Source: Squalus acanthias (Eukaryota). Taken from it: a stretch of 64,000 nucleotides of DNA. The notes below the pieces were generated by a model that was given only the letters and a program-made list of their open reading frames with translations, did not search any database and was not told the origin of the DNA. How positions within the stretch are numbered: position 1 is the first letter of the stretch; each line of letters opens with the position of its first letter. A program made the translations under genes and the position numbers. Positions 50,636 through 62,412 of this stretch are shown here, piece by piece. The stretch lies in NCBI GenBank assembly GCA_030390025.1, contig CM059432.1, forward strand, positions 62,374,001-62,438,000, in the 5' to 3' direction.

Positions 50636-50760
50636 CTGTCAGCAAAAGGAGGGAAATGCTTCACAATCTTACTCAAACACACAATAAACTTGTCCTCCTT
50701 TGTGTCATGAAGTTGCTTTAATTCCTTAACAACTGAATCATGAATTGAAACATCCATCTG
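50636..50760 (-). CDS. PRKDC: PRKDC exon: QMDVSIHDSVVKELKQLHDTKEDKFIVCLSKIVKHFPPFAD
   Basis: TTTTGCAG(CAG) tandem acceptor, GTAATG donor; 125 or 122 nt. Confidence 0.92.
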
Positions 50761-51039
50761 CTGCAAAATAAAAATATGGCAATAAGCTGAAGAATATTAA
50801 ACTCCAACAATATTATAAACCAACAGTTGGGCAAAGAAAACAACAAGAGTTACACTGCTTTTCTGGAATAATGAGTAATGTGCAATTGTTCTTCAGAAAA
50901 GGAACCACTTCAAAACTATACTTTTCAGCTAATTTTATGGTCATGTTCAGTGAGGATTATTACAGGGCTCCAAGGCTATTGTTGAGTGGTTTAATCTGCT
51001 TGGGTGCGAGTGCCCCACCATGGAGATGCAGGACACTTC

Positions 51040-51593
51040 AATAACATATTTAAATCAGGCTTCCACAGTGCAACTGGGAGCCTCATTTAAAATGTAATAG
51101 TTGCCGTGCAGGTTTCCCACGGCTCGGGGAACCCAGCAATAAAAGGGAGGTGGGAGCTCCCAGCTCAAGAATCGAAGTGCCTTTTCCAGAACTCCTTGTG
51201 GGCCAGGAGGAGCAGGAGTGCTTCCGAACCCCCACCCCCAAGGAAGCCTTCGGCCTCTCTCCTGCCGATCGCAGCCTCTCTCTCCCCCACTGCCCCCCCC
51301 ACCGCAATCGCCGACCTCCCCCCACGCCCAAGCCCCAGTCTCTCACTCCCTCCCTCCATTGGTCTCTCTTGACCCCCCCCACCCACTCAAACCCTGATCT
51401 CATGCTCCCTCCCCACTCCCAATTGCAAGGGATTGTCCCCAAGGGTCCCTGGCTACGGCCTCCTGCCTGCTGGTTTTGCAACCCAGCAGCCGGCCAGCCT
51501 GTCAATTTGGCCAATTGCCAGGCAGAAAACGGAAAGACTTCCACGTTCCCAGGTTTTTGCCGCCCTACGCACCTTCCCTGTAAATATCGGGGC
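51040..51593. mobile_element. GC-rich MITE fragment related to 60633-61252
   Basis: Shared CATTTAAAAT..CAGGTT..GGGAACCC..GGAGGAGCAGGAGTGCTTCC motifs; right end TAAATATCGGGGC; left end unclear. Confidence 0.55.
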
Positions 51594-53207
51594 TGTTGTG
51601 TCTGACCAGGTGTCTAAGGGAGAGACCAAGCCATTCAATTCAAATACAAGCATCTTGTGGGTTTTATTTGATTGGTAGCTCTTTTTGAAGTTAAGAGACA
51701 CATTTAAATTTTATTGGCCCTGGTCATTTTTTGAAAGTATTTCTCAGCCTATCTTCTTCAAATTGGATCATCCATCTGAAGCCATCAAAGACAGCTAGAT
51801 GGTTCAGGACTATGTCAACAACAAAATGTCATGGAAATGTCAAAATTCAGGGACCTTGTCTCCAGTCCCATTTGGATTTCAGTTTTACGCAGCAGAAGCA
51901 ACTCCATATTATTTTCTATCTTCCTATGAGGGCTAACTGAGCTTATTACTGCTATAAACCTATAGTGTGCCGATGTTCCTGTTCACTTATCTATTTGCTG
52001 TTAAATAAATCTATTTATAGCCTTGTCCATAGTCTACTGAAGTGTTTATTCTGCCACCTTTTGAAGTTAAAGGTCATATAAAGGCACTTGATATAAGCAG
52101 CAGCCAAAATGCAGTAACAAGGGTTTTCTGTTCAATCCTGGGGCTCACTAAAAAGTTATCCAGATATTGGGCAATTAAAGGCACACTCTGATCGTAGAAA
52201 GTGAGTGATCGTCCGTAGGATTGGACTGAGAAGTTGAACCGAAGAAAAATAGTAAAAACTTAAAAATGTAATACAGTAGCTTATGCCCATGAAGGGCTTG
52301 AAAGAGCTGCATCAGCTGATGAACAGCTCAAGCTGATATTTAATTAAAAAAATATGCAACATATAATGACCCATAAAGTATGAACACTAAAAATCCCAGC
52401 TTGTTGATGCTGCTCTAATTGCCAACTGTACACTTTTAAGAGACCCCTCCTCAAAGTACATACAATTTGACTGACTTCACTGCAGATGAGTTGAGGTCGG
52501 GATTCAGATTTCTAGCACTTTAACCTCCCACTCAAACCAAACCTGCCCATTCTTTGGGGTTAAAATTCCCCCCAATGTATTTGAAACTGCAAAAATGTAT
52601 GATTCGATGCTTTCTCAACACTAGATGCAAGTAACTCAATTCTAGTATGTAAATAAAGGTCAAACTGCCTCTCCAATCTCCATATTTACTAGTGAGAAAT
52701 TAATGTGTATCCCTAAACAATATGCGGTTTTACACCAAGCATATTTTACATTTCTAGTAACATGGTGGAATAGGTGCACCCTCATGCTGAAGTACACTAG
52801 ATATTGGATGGTGACAACAATTCCTCAAACAGTGACAGGGTAGAGGCCAGATGAAAACTTAAGAAAAGTCAAGTTGCTCCAATTTTGTACACAGTGGTTA
52901 ATAGAAAAACAACACTGGCAGAGACATGTGAGCAAGTCCCCTCCCTGCCTGCCCTCTCACCCAGGAATGGTGTCTGATATAGGAAACTAAAGAGAAAAGA
53001 TCATGAATTTCTTAAATGAGGAAGAGAAATATATATGTTCAATAATAATTACATTGCAATGAACTGATCCACATCAGCTGCGCACCCGCCCACCTCCCAT
53101 GTAACTAATATAAGGCACAAAGACACTTCATCCTCAAAAAATTACTACTAAATGATTCACAAAAAAACAAAGAAGTTGTACTAGTTATTTAAACATAAGG
53201 TGCTCAC

Positions 53208-53313
53208 TTTTTCTGCTAAGTATTGCAGGACAAGCCCAAGGACCTCTGCAGCAGCTGCATACACTTCTTTATATCGTGTTAAGGAAATGTTATGCACCAG
53301 TCTCTGGAAATAC
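53208..53313 (-). CDS. PRKDC: PRKDC exon: [35 protein letters not shown]
   Basis: CTGTCAG acceptor, GTGAGC donor; 106 nt. Confidence 0.92.
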
Positions 53314-54578
53314 CTGACAGAAGAAAAACATACAATAAAACAATCCGCTAATAAAAGTTTTGGAATGATTAAATAAATTTGCTGCCACTCAATAGAATGC
53401 AGTATTTAGAATAAGAGAATACTGTGTACTATTACATATTGCAGAGCAACAAAAACATTTTTCCTTGCATTTTCTCAACTACATTTTCTAAATATAACAA
53501 CTTTCACTTGTTTTTTTGTGGTAACAAAAAAAACACTGTTACTTGAGGTGTCTTAATGGAGCCCCTTTATGGTAGATGTTGTTTGTCGGGCAGGGCATAA
53601 AATGGGCAGCAGACCCGAACCTGCCCTTTTTCCTGGCGGGTTAGGTTACAACTACCCTCGTTGATTTTGGGCGGTACTTGGGGAAACACCACGGAGAGTG
53701 TGCAGTGAGTCAGGGGGCTGGGAGCAAAGGTTCAGATATGATTGTAAGGTAGAATACTTGAAACAGTGATGGTATAATTGGGCTATGTTGAGTTGGGGAG
53801 ATACCTGAAAAACACAAGGAAGAAAGTATGGTGTTGAAAAGGGCTAGCATTATTTTTTTCTGCTGCCCTCTCATGCCCAAGTCCTGCAAAGCATGAAAAA
53901 AGGATTTAACAAGTCCCTGCTCATTACATGCAGACCGCTTAAAACTCACAACGTATCTCCCAAGTTACAACAAAACGTGAAGATATTCTGAATGGTTACC
54001 TGCATTGAAAGCAATTTTGCTCCTGTAGAAGAAAGGGTGGACTGATATGTCCCATTCCAACTGATACCAGGTAAACTAGAAAATAAATTCTTAACAAAAC
54101 GCAGGAGAGTGTCTATTTTTCAAGAAATTAAGGGCCCACCAATAAAATGTTATTGTTAGAAGTCAAATCTGAACATTTCTGTTGTTTTCTTAGTCAATCA
54201 TTAAATCTCAGAGAAAAACAACCATGTTCCCATTTTTCATCAGAAGTAGCTGTACGTCAACAAGTCCAATGGGTGGTTGACGTTAGACAGGGCAAAAAGG
54301 ACTATAGATGTTCAGACCGGACAGTTTCTTAATGTAATACGAATAAATGTTGCTGTAGGATTGGTATTTTATTCAATGTGTCACACTTAATGCTGTCTCT
54401 TTATAAGCATGTATTGACAATGCATACCAAGTACATCATTTCATTACTGTGCAATGTTTTAGTCTATTTTGATTACTATTTTAGATTCATGAAAATCAGT
54501 CATAGAAGTTTGAATAGATTTGTAGTTCCAGAATCCTGTAATCTTTCTTCTAATGTTAGTAACTACTTTTCATCTTAC

Positions 54579-54710
54579 CTTTCACTGTCAATTTCACATT
54601 TAGGATCATACGGAGGCAAGTTATTGGCAAGAACGATCCCAAGCAACTGGATGCCCACAGAGTTGTCTTTGGTATTCGGGTCCCTTCCAGCAAACCGATC
54701 AAAGATCAAG
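54579..54710 (-). CDS. PRKDC: PRKDC exon: [43 protein letters not shown]
   Basis: CTGCAG acceptor, GTAAGA donor; 132 nt. Confidence 0.94.
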
Positions 54711-54904
54711 CTGCAGAATTTACAGCAACATTTTCAGATGTGAAGATAAAACATACACCACCTTTCACACCTATAACTGAACACCAGGTGCTACAATACT
54801 GTACTTTATATAAAACATCTTGTTTTTCTTTTTTTTTTGCTATCTTATCCTGCTAAAAGTGTTTCAAATTTTCTACCTCATATTCTTCCCTATATATGAA
54901 GTGT

Positions 54905-55365
54905 GAGCCCGGGCTCAGCGGCAGCACTATCGCCTCAGAGTCAGAAGGTCGTGGTTCAAATCTTAGTCCAGAGACTTCAGCATAAAATCTAGGCTGACAC
55001 TCCAGTGCAGTACTGAGGGAGTGCTGCATTGTTTGAGATGCCGTCTTCCAGATGAGACGTTAAACCGAGGCCTCGTCTGCCCTCTCAGGTGGACAAAAAA
55101 GATCCCACGGCACTATTTTCAAAGACAAGCAAGGGAATTCTCCCTGGTGTCCTGGCCAATATTTATTCCTCAACCAGCATCACTAAAACAGATTATCTGG
55201 TCATTATCAAATTACTGTTTATGGGACCTTGCTGTGCGCAAATTGGCTACCACATTTCCTACATTACAAGAGTGACTACACTTCAAAAGTAATTAATTGA
55301 CTGTAAAGCGATTTGGAACGTTCGGAGGTTGTGAAAGGCGCTGTATAAATGAGAGTTCTTTCTAT
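54905..55365 (+). mobile_element. Full-length tRNA-head Deu-domain SINE (SacSINE1-like)
   Basis: GGCTCAGCGG A-box, GGTTCAAATC B-box, CAGTACTGAGGGAGTGCTGC core, L2-like tail. Confidence 0.8.
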
Positions 55366-55550
55366 TTTTTTTAAATTGTTGGTTCAAACATAAATCACGA
55401 CTTCTGGCTGAAACCCTTCTTTCTGCTAAACCTTCTGCACCCACTTCATTATTCCCCTTAGCCTGACAGCTGGGAGGCATTGAACCACTAGGATTTGTAC
55501 ATGTAAAAGTAATGCCAATGAGACAGTCTGATGCAGAACCCACTGCTCAC

Positions 55551-55702
55551 CTGTAAGGGATAGACAGACAGTCCTTCCAGCACTCAACTACTGTCTTAAT
55601 GATTTCCAGGTTGTGCCTGAACACTGCCCTCTTCTCGTGAAAGGAATTCTTCATCAGAAACTCCAGCAGGCGATTTGCTAGGATCTCATTCTTCAGATTT
55701 CC
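55551..55702 (-). CDS. PRKDC: PRKDC exon: [50 protein letters not shown]
   Basis: GTTAG acceptor, GTGAGC donor; 152 nt. Confidence 0.94.
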
Positions 55703-56752
55703 CTAACAACAATAATCAAGAAATAAATGTAACTCACTCATGGTTTTCCTTCGCTCAGCCTGTACTTCTGTTATCATAGGATCATACAGCACAGAAGGAG
55801 GCCATTCGGCCCATTGTGCCTGCTCTTTGAAAGAGCTATGCAATTAGTCCCACTCCCTTGCTCATTCCCCACAGCCATGCAAATTTTTCTGTTTCAAGTA
55901 TATATCCAATTCTTTTGTGAAAGTTACTACTGAATCTGCTTCCACTACCCTTTCCGGCAGTGCATTCCAGATCATAATAACTCACTGCGTAAAATAATTT
56001 CTCCTCATCTCCACTCTGGTTCTTTTGCGGATTACCATAAATCTGTGTCCTCTGGTTATCGACCCTCCTGCCAGGGGATGGACTCTAGGGTCTGTACAAT
56101 CCCAAAAGGTGGTTGGGGAGGGGGGACTGGGGTCTGGTCACACTTTGGATGAGGTGGTACTTCTCCTCCTGTCAAGATGGATGACCATGCTACCAAGAAA
56201 ATCTCCATCTAGCAGCCTAGGGGTGACCTGCCTATTGAGGGGAATGAAGCTTGAGGATGCTTTACTCCAGACACCAATCTCAGCTGGATGCCACTTTGTC
56301 CAATGACTAAGCAAGACTGCGCAATGGCCAAATAAAAGTCAATTTTCAGAGAACTGACAGGGTATTCAATCTCTGCTAACTTCAGGGACATTCTAAATTA
56401 ACTTGAAAAAGTTCCCAGATAGTCCAATGATACGAAGCCAAAGCAGTAAGGCACTACCTCCTTACGGTGACCTCAGACTAATTAGCTTTAGTGCACTCAG
56501 AAGTCAGATTTACGACCTGGCTTCTGAGTTGCATTAAGAGGTTTTGTATTGATCTACATTGGAAATCGCTCTGCATTGACACGAAAGCAGCTATATGCTG
56601 AAACAGTAAAAGACAACCAAAACAGACAGGAACCTAAGATGTCCAACACTCTCTTACCAGACCTCCTTGGCATTTCCCACTTTTACCAATTCCTTCATTT
56701 ATATAAAAATGTTAAATGATACCGATACTTACAATGTTTTAGTAAATACATT

Positions 56753-57728
56753 GGCCCAGAAATTCCGTTCGCAGCCCTCCCGCGGGCGGAGGGCTGCGAT
56801 CCGGAAAGATCTGCGCCTGGACCGGAGGGCTCCCGGGAGGCGCAGAATTCCGTTGCTGTGCCTCTTCAAACTGCCGGTGCGCAGGGCCCACGTATCCCAG
56901 GGGCGCAGGTAGTTCGCAGCGTCCCTGGGATCACGTGGGCCATGGGGAGCCAATCAGAGCAGGGAATCTCCATTCATAGATTTGACAGGAAGACCTGTCA
57001 AATCTATGAATAGAGATCAGCCCCAAAACATAAGTAAAACTTCAAATAATTTTTTTTTTTAATCACATTTTTAAAATAACTATAAATTACATAAATTAAC
57101 TATTTTAAACAAAAATTTAAATTTTTGAAAAAAATAATTAAAGTTTTTAACGGGGCTAAAAATAAACTTACCTTTCTTTAAAGTATTTTAAAATGATGAA
57201 TCAGTGGAAAAATTTTTTTTTTTACTTTCTTAAACTATTAGCCTGGTAAAAGCAGGTCTTGCGCCTGCTTTTCTAGGCGCAGCTGTTCCCGACTTACCTG
57301 GACTGATAAAACTGTGAAATACAGAAGTTTCTGACGTACGCGCTGCCTATCCGGCGCAGGCGTTTGTCCAGTCAAACCTTTCTGCAGAGAACGGAAGTTC
57401 CGGTTTCCAGCGCATGCGCAGTGCATGCATAAAACCGGCACTTCCGCTGGCCCTACGGGCGAGTACACAGCACGTACACACCCGTAGGGAACGGAATTTC
57501 TAGGCCGATAGCAAAATACTGCGGATGCTGGAAATCCGAAATAACAACAGAAAACGCTGGAAAAACTCAGCAGGCCAGGCAGCATCCGTGGAGAGAGAAA
57601 GAGAGTTAACGTTTCAGGTCGAAAGGTCATCGACCTGAAACGTTAACTCTCTTTCTCTCTCCACGGATGCTGCCTGGCCTGCTGAGCTTTTCCAGCGTTT
57701 TCTGTTGTTATTTTGGAATTTCTAGGCC
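56753..57728 (+). mobile_element. MITE family A1 (core 56753-57506) whose right TIR was duplicated by a nested insertion
   Basis: ATT|GGCCCAGAAATTCCGTTC ... GAACGGAATTTCTAGGCC [insert] GGAATTTCTAGGCC|ATT. Confidence 0.88.
57507..57714. mobile_element. Palindromic Penelope-like insertion with 14-bp TSD
   Basis: GGAATTTCTAGGCC at 57493-57506 and 57715-57728; ~80-bp near-perfect inverted arms around AAGGTCA. Confidence 0.78.
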
Positions 57729-57849
57729 ATTACTTAATTATAAACAAAATGGTGGAAGCAGCCTGCATGTTGGTGCATTATCACACTGTAGCATGAAGTG
57801 ATGGGACACTGGTTCAATTCCCTCACTCCACTGAGCTCCTAATGTTCCA

Positions 57850-58792
57850 CATATACCATGACGATGCCCATCTCTACCTTACCACCACCGCTCTCGACCC
57901 CTTCATTACCTCTGATTTGTCACGCTGCTTGTCCGACATCCAGTATGGATGAGCAGAAATTTCCTCCAACTAAATATTGGGAAGACTGAAGCCATTGTCT
58001 TCGGTCCCTGCCACAATTCCGTTCCCAAGACACCAACCCCATCCATCTCCCTGGCCACTGTCTGAGGTTGAACCAGACTATTTGGAATCTCGGTGTCCTA
58101 TTTGGTCCTGATCGGAGCTTCCGATCCCGTATGCTCACCCTCACCAAGACCGCCTATTTCCACCTCCGTAACATCACCCACCTCCACCCCTGCCTCAGCT
58201 CATCTGCTTCTGAAACCCTCATCCATGCCTTTGTTACCTCGAGACTCGACTATTCAATGCTCTTCTGGCTGGCCTCCCACCTTGCATCCTGCGTAAACTT
58301 GAGCTCATCCAAAACTCTGCTGCCCTTATCCTAACTCGCACCAAGTCCTGTTCACCCATCACCCCTGTGCTTGCTGGCCTACATTAGCTCCAGTCCAGCA
58401 ACGCCTCGATTTTAAAATTCTCATCCTTGTTTTCAAATCCCTCCATGGCCTCGCCCTCTCCTATCTCTGTAACCTCCTCCAGCCCTACAACCCTCCAAGA
58501 TCTCTTCGTTGCTCGAACTCTGGCCTCTTGTACATGCCCGATTTTCATCATTCCACCATTGACGGCCGTGCCTTCAGCTGCCTGGGCCCTGGAATTCCCT
58601 CCCTAAACCTCGCCGCCTCTCTCTCCTCCTTTAAGATGCTCCTTAAAACCTACCTCTTTGACCAAGCTTTTGGCCACCTGTCCTAATATTTTCTTTTGTG
58701 GCTCAGTGTCAAATTTGTTGGAAAATACTCCTGTGAAGCACCTTGGGATGTTTTACTACATTAAAGGCGCTATATAAATGCAAGTTGTTGTT
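57850..58792 (+). mobile_element. L2 LINE 3' fragment
   Basis: NLGVLF..KTAYFHLRNI..ETLIHAFVTSRLDY; 3' end AAGGCGCTATATAAATGCAAGTTGTTGTT. Confidence 0.88.
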
Positions 58793-59490
58793 AACTAAGT
58801 CATGTTGCTGCAGAGATCAGGCATGGGGGTGTAGATAAATACAGGTATAAACATACCCTGCTTTGAAAGTTTAACAAGTTATGCTGATTTGATCAGAGTT
58901 CTTACACATTGCAAATTGCAATGAGTTTTCACGTAGATACTTGAATAATAGCAATTATAGCACAGATGAGGTAATTCAGCCCATCAAGCCTGTGCGAGTG
59001 CTAGCCCTTTAACTGAATGAGCAATTCTACTCCTATTTCTTTGCCTTTTCCTTGTATCCTTTCATATTCTTCCTTTTCAAATACTTATCCAATTCCTTTC
59101 TAAATGCTATTAAGAGTCTCACACTCCTGTGGTAAAGCATTCCATGTGAAAACATTTTTTCCAACTTTCCTTTTTGCGTTTTTATTGATAATCCTGAGTT
59201 AGGCCACCTAGTTATCAATTTGCTCGCCAGTGCATGTATCCCCCATTAATGAAGCACAACATTAGAGATCATACAAAATTTTATGGGCATAAATTATCTC
59301 TGGCAAAAACCTTGTTTAACAGAACAACAAATGCGATTCCTTCACAGAAGGGATCTAAACAAAATGCAGCTTAGAACGTACAGAAAGAAATTGCAATTTG
59401 ATGTTTTTGACGTCAATGCCATGGACACCAAAATGTCTCTCTTTCTTAGCACTAACATTATGAAACATATCTATGAAAGATATTCTGTAC

Positions 59491-59634
59491 CTTTGGGGTA
59501 GCCACACTCGTCCAAGATAGGATTGTAACCACAATTTCCACCACCATGTAGTGAATACCATCACCTCCATTATTGCCAGAAACCACTAACTGCAGCAGAG
59601 GCCCCAACCATTCTTGGGCATACGGTTGGAAAAT
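59491..59634 (-). CDS. PRKDC: PRKDC exon: [48 protein letters not shown]
   Basis: TTTTAG acceptor, GTACAG donor; 144 nt. Confidence 0.94.
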
Positions 59635-60315
59635 CTAAAAAGCAATGAGATTTAATTGACATTAGCTCGAAAGGATTCAGATGAACTCTTTCAGGCCAAA
59701 ACTATAATTATTGAAAATAATCTTGTGTATCAGAATTATGTTTAATGAAATTCTTAGCTCTCATTAAAATATCAAGTAGCAGCACATTTCACGAAATATC
59801 TCAGGCTTCAAGGTCCATGCTCCACAATTACAGATTTACGTTGCATGCTTGTAAAAAGAAAAAAAGTTCTGGTTACATCTGCTTTGTGAAGCAATTCATT
59901 AGAATTATGCTTGCCACAGTTCCCTCAGTTGATGGCACTGTAATAAAGGATGTAATTACAGCAGGACATATTTAAATAGGCAGTTTGTATTATAAACATG
60001 GACATAGGATCATCACATGATTCCTTGATATTATCCTGGTAATCAGGAGATATTCCGAGTGAAAGCCAGGCAGTGTCCAGCAGGAGAGAAGGGAAACGCA
60101 ATGCCCTGAGATAAGGGAAGTCAACCCGGCATGCATTTATAGTGGCTGGTTGCACACTGGTATAGGCAAAGACTTGGAGTTAGCTTGCCGACCCAACTGG
60201 ACAGGCAGAACATAAAGCAGAAAAAAAACATCAAAATGATCAGGGAATCATAGAATTTTACAGAGAACAAATATATTAAAAAAGCACAAGTTAAAAGAGC
60301 TAATAAATTTAGGAC

Positions 60316-60435
60316 CTCCTCAGTGTTAACAATGAGCTTTGCAATGAAGAGTCGGATATTTAACGGCGTTGAGGAATTTCCCAATTTTCCATGCAGAAAT
60401 TTCATCCATGGTGGAAGCTCATGTGGGGTTTTTTC
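60316..60435 (-). CDS. PRKDC: PRKDC exon: [40 protein letters not shown]
   Basis: CTACACAG acceptor, weak GTCCTA donor; 120 nt. Confidence 0.93.
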
Positions 60436-60632
60436 CTGTGTAGGAAAGATTACAAGGAAATCACCTTAATGTTAAATCCAAGAATCCAAAATAGCAAAAT
60501 TTTATCATATTAACAAAATTATAAGAAGTACATTTGTCCATGTGTCAGTTTGGCACAGTCGGTATACCAATCGCACTTGAGTCGAGGGTTCTAGATTCAA
60601 GAGCCTGTGCACAAAATCTAGGCTGACACTCT

Positions 60633-61252
60633 GGGGGGAATTTTAACATGGGTGAGCAGGTAGGATTGGGTGCGGGTGGGGGGGGTTAAATGGGCAAAAA
60701 ATGGAACAGTGTCGGGAAGCCGACTCCAACCCGCTGACTTCCAGGTTTTACTCAAGGCGGGACAAGGGGCGGACAGTCAACCCGCTCCCAGGAGGCGGGT
60801 TTGCATTTTAAATATGTTAATGAGGCTGGAAGCCTCAGATTTAACCTGCTTTGCAGGTTTAACTGTGGCCGACCGGGTGTCCCGGGGCGCGGGAAACCCG
60901 GCAGCTGTAGTGAGGAGAAGACAGCCTTGGGGAGCACTCCTTGAGGGCTACGAGGAGCAGGAGTGCTTCCTCCTGGCCCCCCAAACTCCCCCACCATCAG
61001 ACCCCCCCCCCCCCCCACCGGATCAGGGATCAGACCTACCTGGTCCTACAGCCTCCTACGGAGCATTCCCCGCCCGACTGCAAGCCAGGCCGGTCAATCA
61101 GGCTGACGTCCGGGCGGGGAACCGGTCAATGACAAAAGACGCACACCATGGAGTTAAAACTCCACAGCATGCGGGGAAACCCAGACTTCTAGGTTTCCCG
61201 CACGCTACCGGGCCCCCCGCTCCCAGCGCGTCAGAATGTTAAAAATCACCCT
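60633..61252. mobile_element. MITE (Harbinger-like, 3-bp TSD) inserted into a Deu-domain SINE (~60545-61590)
   Basis: Ends GGGGGGAATTTTAACA / TGTTAAAAATCACCCT; TCT or CTG duplicated; SINE sequence GGCTGACACT..CAGTACTGAGGGAG is split by it. Confidence 0.8.
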
Positions 61253-61738
61253 CTGATTCAGTACTGAGGGAGTGCCACATTATCAGAGGTGCCGTCTTTC
61301 AGACAAGACATTAAACCAAGGTCCCGTGTGCCTGTTGAGGTGGACATGAAAGATCCCGCAACACTATTCAAAGAAGTGCAGGGAGCTCTCCCAGCCAAGA
61401 CACATTGCTCAATCACCACCACCAAAACAGGTCAACTGATCATTATCTCATTTGCTGTATGTACGACCTTACTGTGCACAAACTCACTGCCACATTTGTC
61501 TATAGTGACCACACTTAAAAAGTAATTAATTGGCTGTGAAGTGCTTTGGGAAATCTTGTAGATGTGGATATAAATGAGTTTCTTTTTCTTTATTTAGATA
61601 AATAGTCCCTTTTGAAACTTACTTGGATAAACATGCAACATTTTAGAAACCTATATTAGTTTGAACCTTTTTCAGTGGCATGTGGGTGTCATAGAAATCA
61701 GTAAATTAAATAGGTTGTACTACAATTGGTTTCCTAAC

Positions 61739-61879
61739 CTCTTCAACTTTTGGTGTGATGTTAGTCTTCTGCATGTGATTGATCAACGCTGTCATGGTCG
61801 CCATACATTCATGCTGGTTCATCTCATCCATCTCAAGTTCCACAATATCATTCTGCACAATACTTGACTCTATCCACTC
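61739..61879 (-). CDS. PRKDC: PRKDC exon: EWIESSIVQNDIVELEMDEMNQHECMATMTALINHMQKTNITPKVEE
   Basis: CCCTGCAG acceptor, GTTAGG donor; 141 nt; similar to human LELEMDELNRHECM. Confidence 0.93.
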
Positions 61880-62412
61880 CTGCAGGGATACACAAGAAAG
61901 CTGTGAGGCCTTAAACTTTCCAGTTTGTTCTTATTTTGAATGTTACTATAACCTTTAGGTTGCAGTTTATAATTGAAAACATTTTCCCAAAAATATATAT
62001 AAAATGAGTCAGAAAGTCAGTGGGAAAAACAATTCACATTCTGAACTTTTCTGAAACCTCCTAAAGCAATAGATGGTGTTCAAACTGTCGTGTTGTATGA
62101 TGATTCAAATCTAAACTCAAATTTAATCCCTACACAGATCAACCAGTTTTGTCAGCACGCACTCTGAATTTGGTCACGTCCTTCTTCCTTCCTTCAATAT
62201 ACACTTAATAGGTCTGCAATCCCAATGAGGGGAAAATATGGGATACACTCCTGTTATGAATTTACATATTCATAGTAGCCAATGCAATTTTTCACAAAGA
62301 CCATAATAAAGATAGATCACCAAATGTCCATAATTTGTTCAACCTTCACATACAGAAGCAACCCCATGAATTTATTTTGAGGATTTCTTGGACCACAAAA
62401 TTGCCAAATGCT

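Noticed and set aside
60670..61242. 190-aa ORF, and similar GC-rich ORFs at 1591-2044, 10855-11181 and 51083-51605
   Set aside because: They lie within GC-rich MITEs where stop codons are rare; no transposase motifs; frames not conserved between copies.
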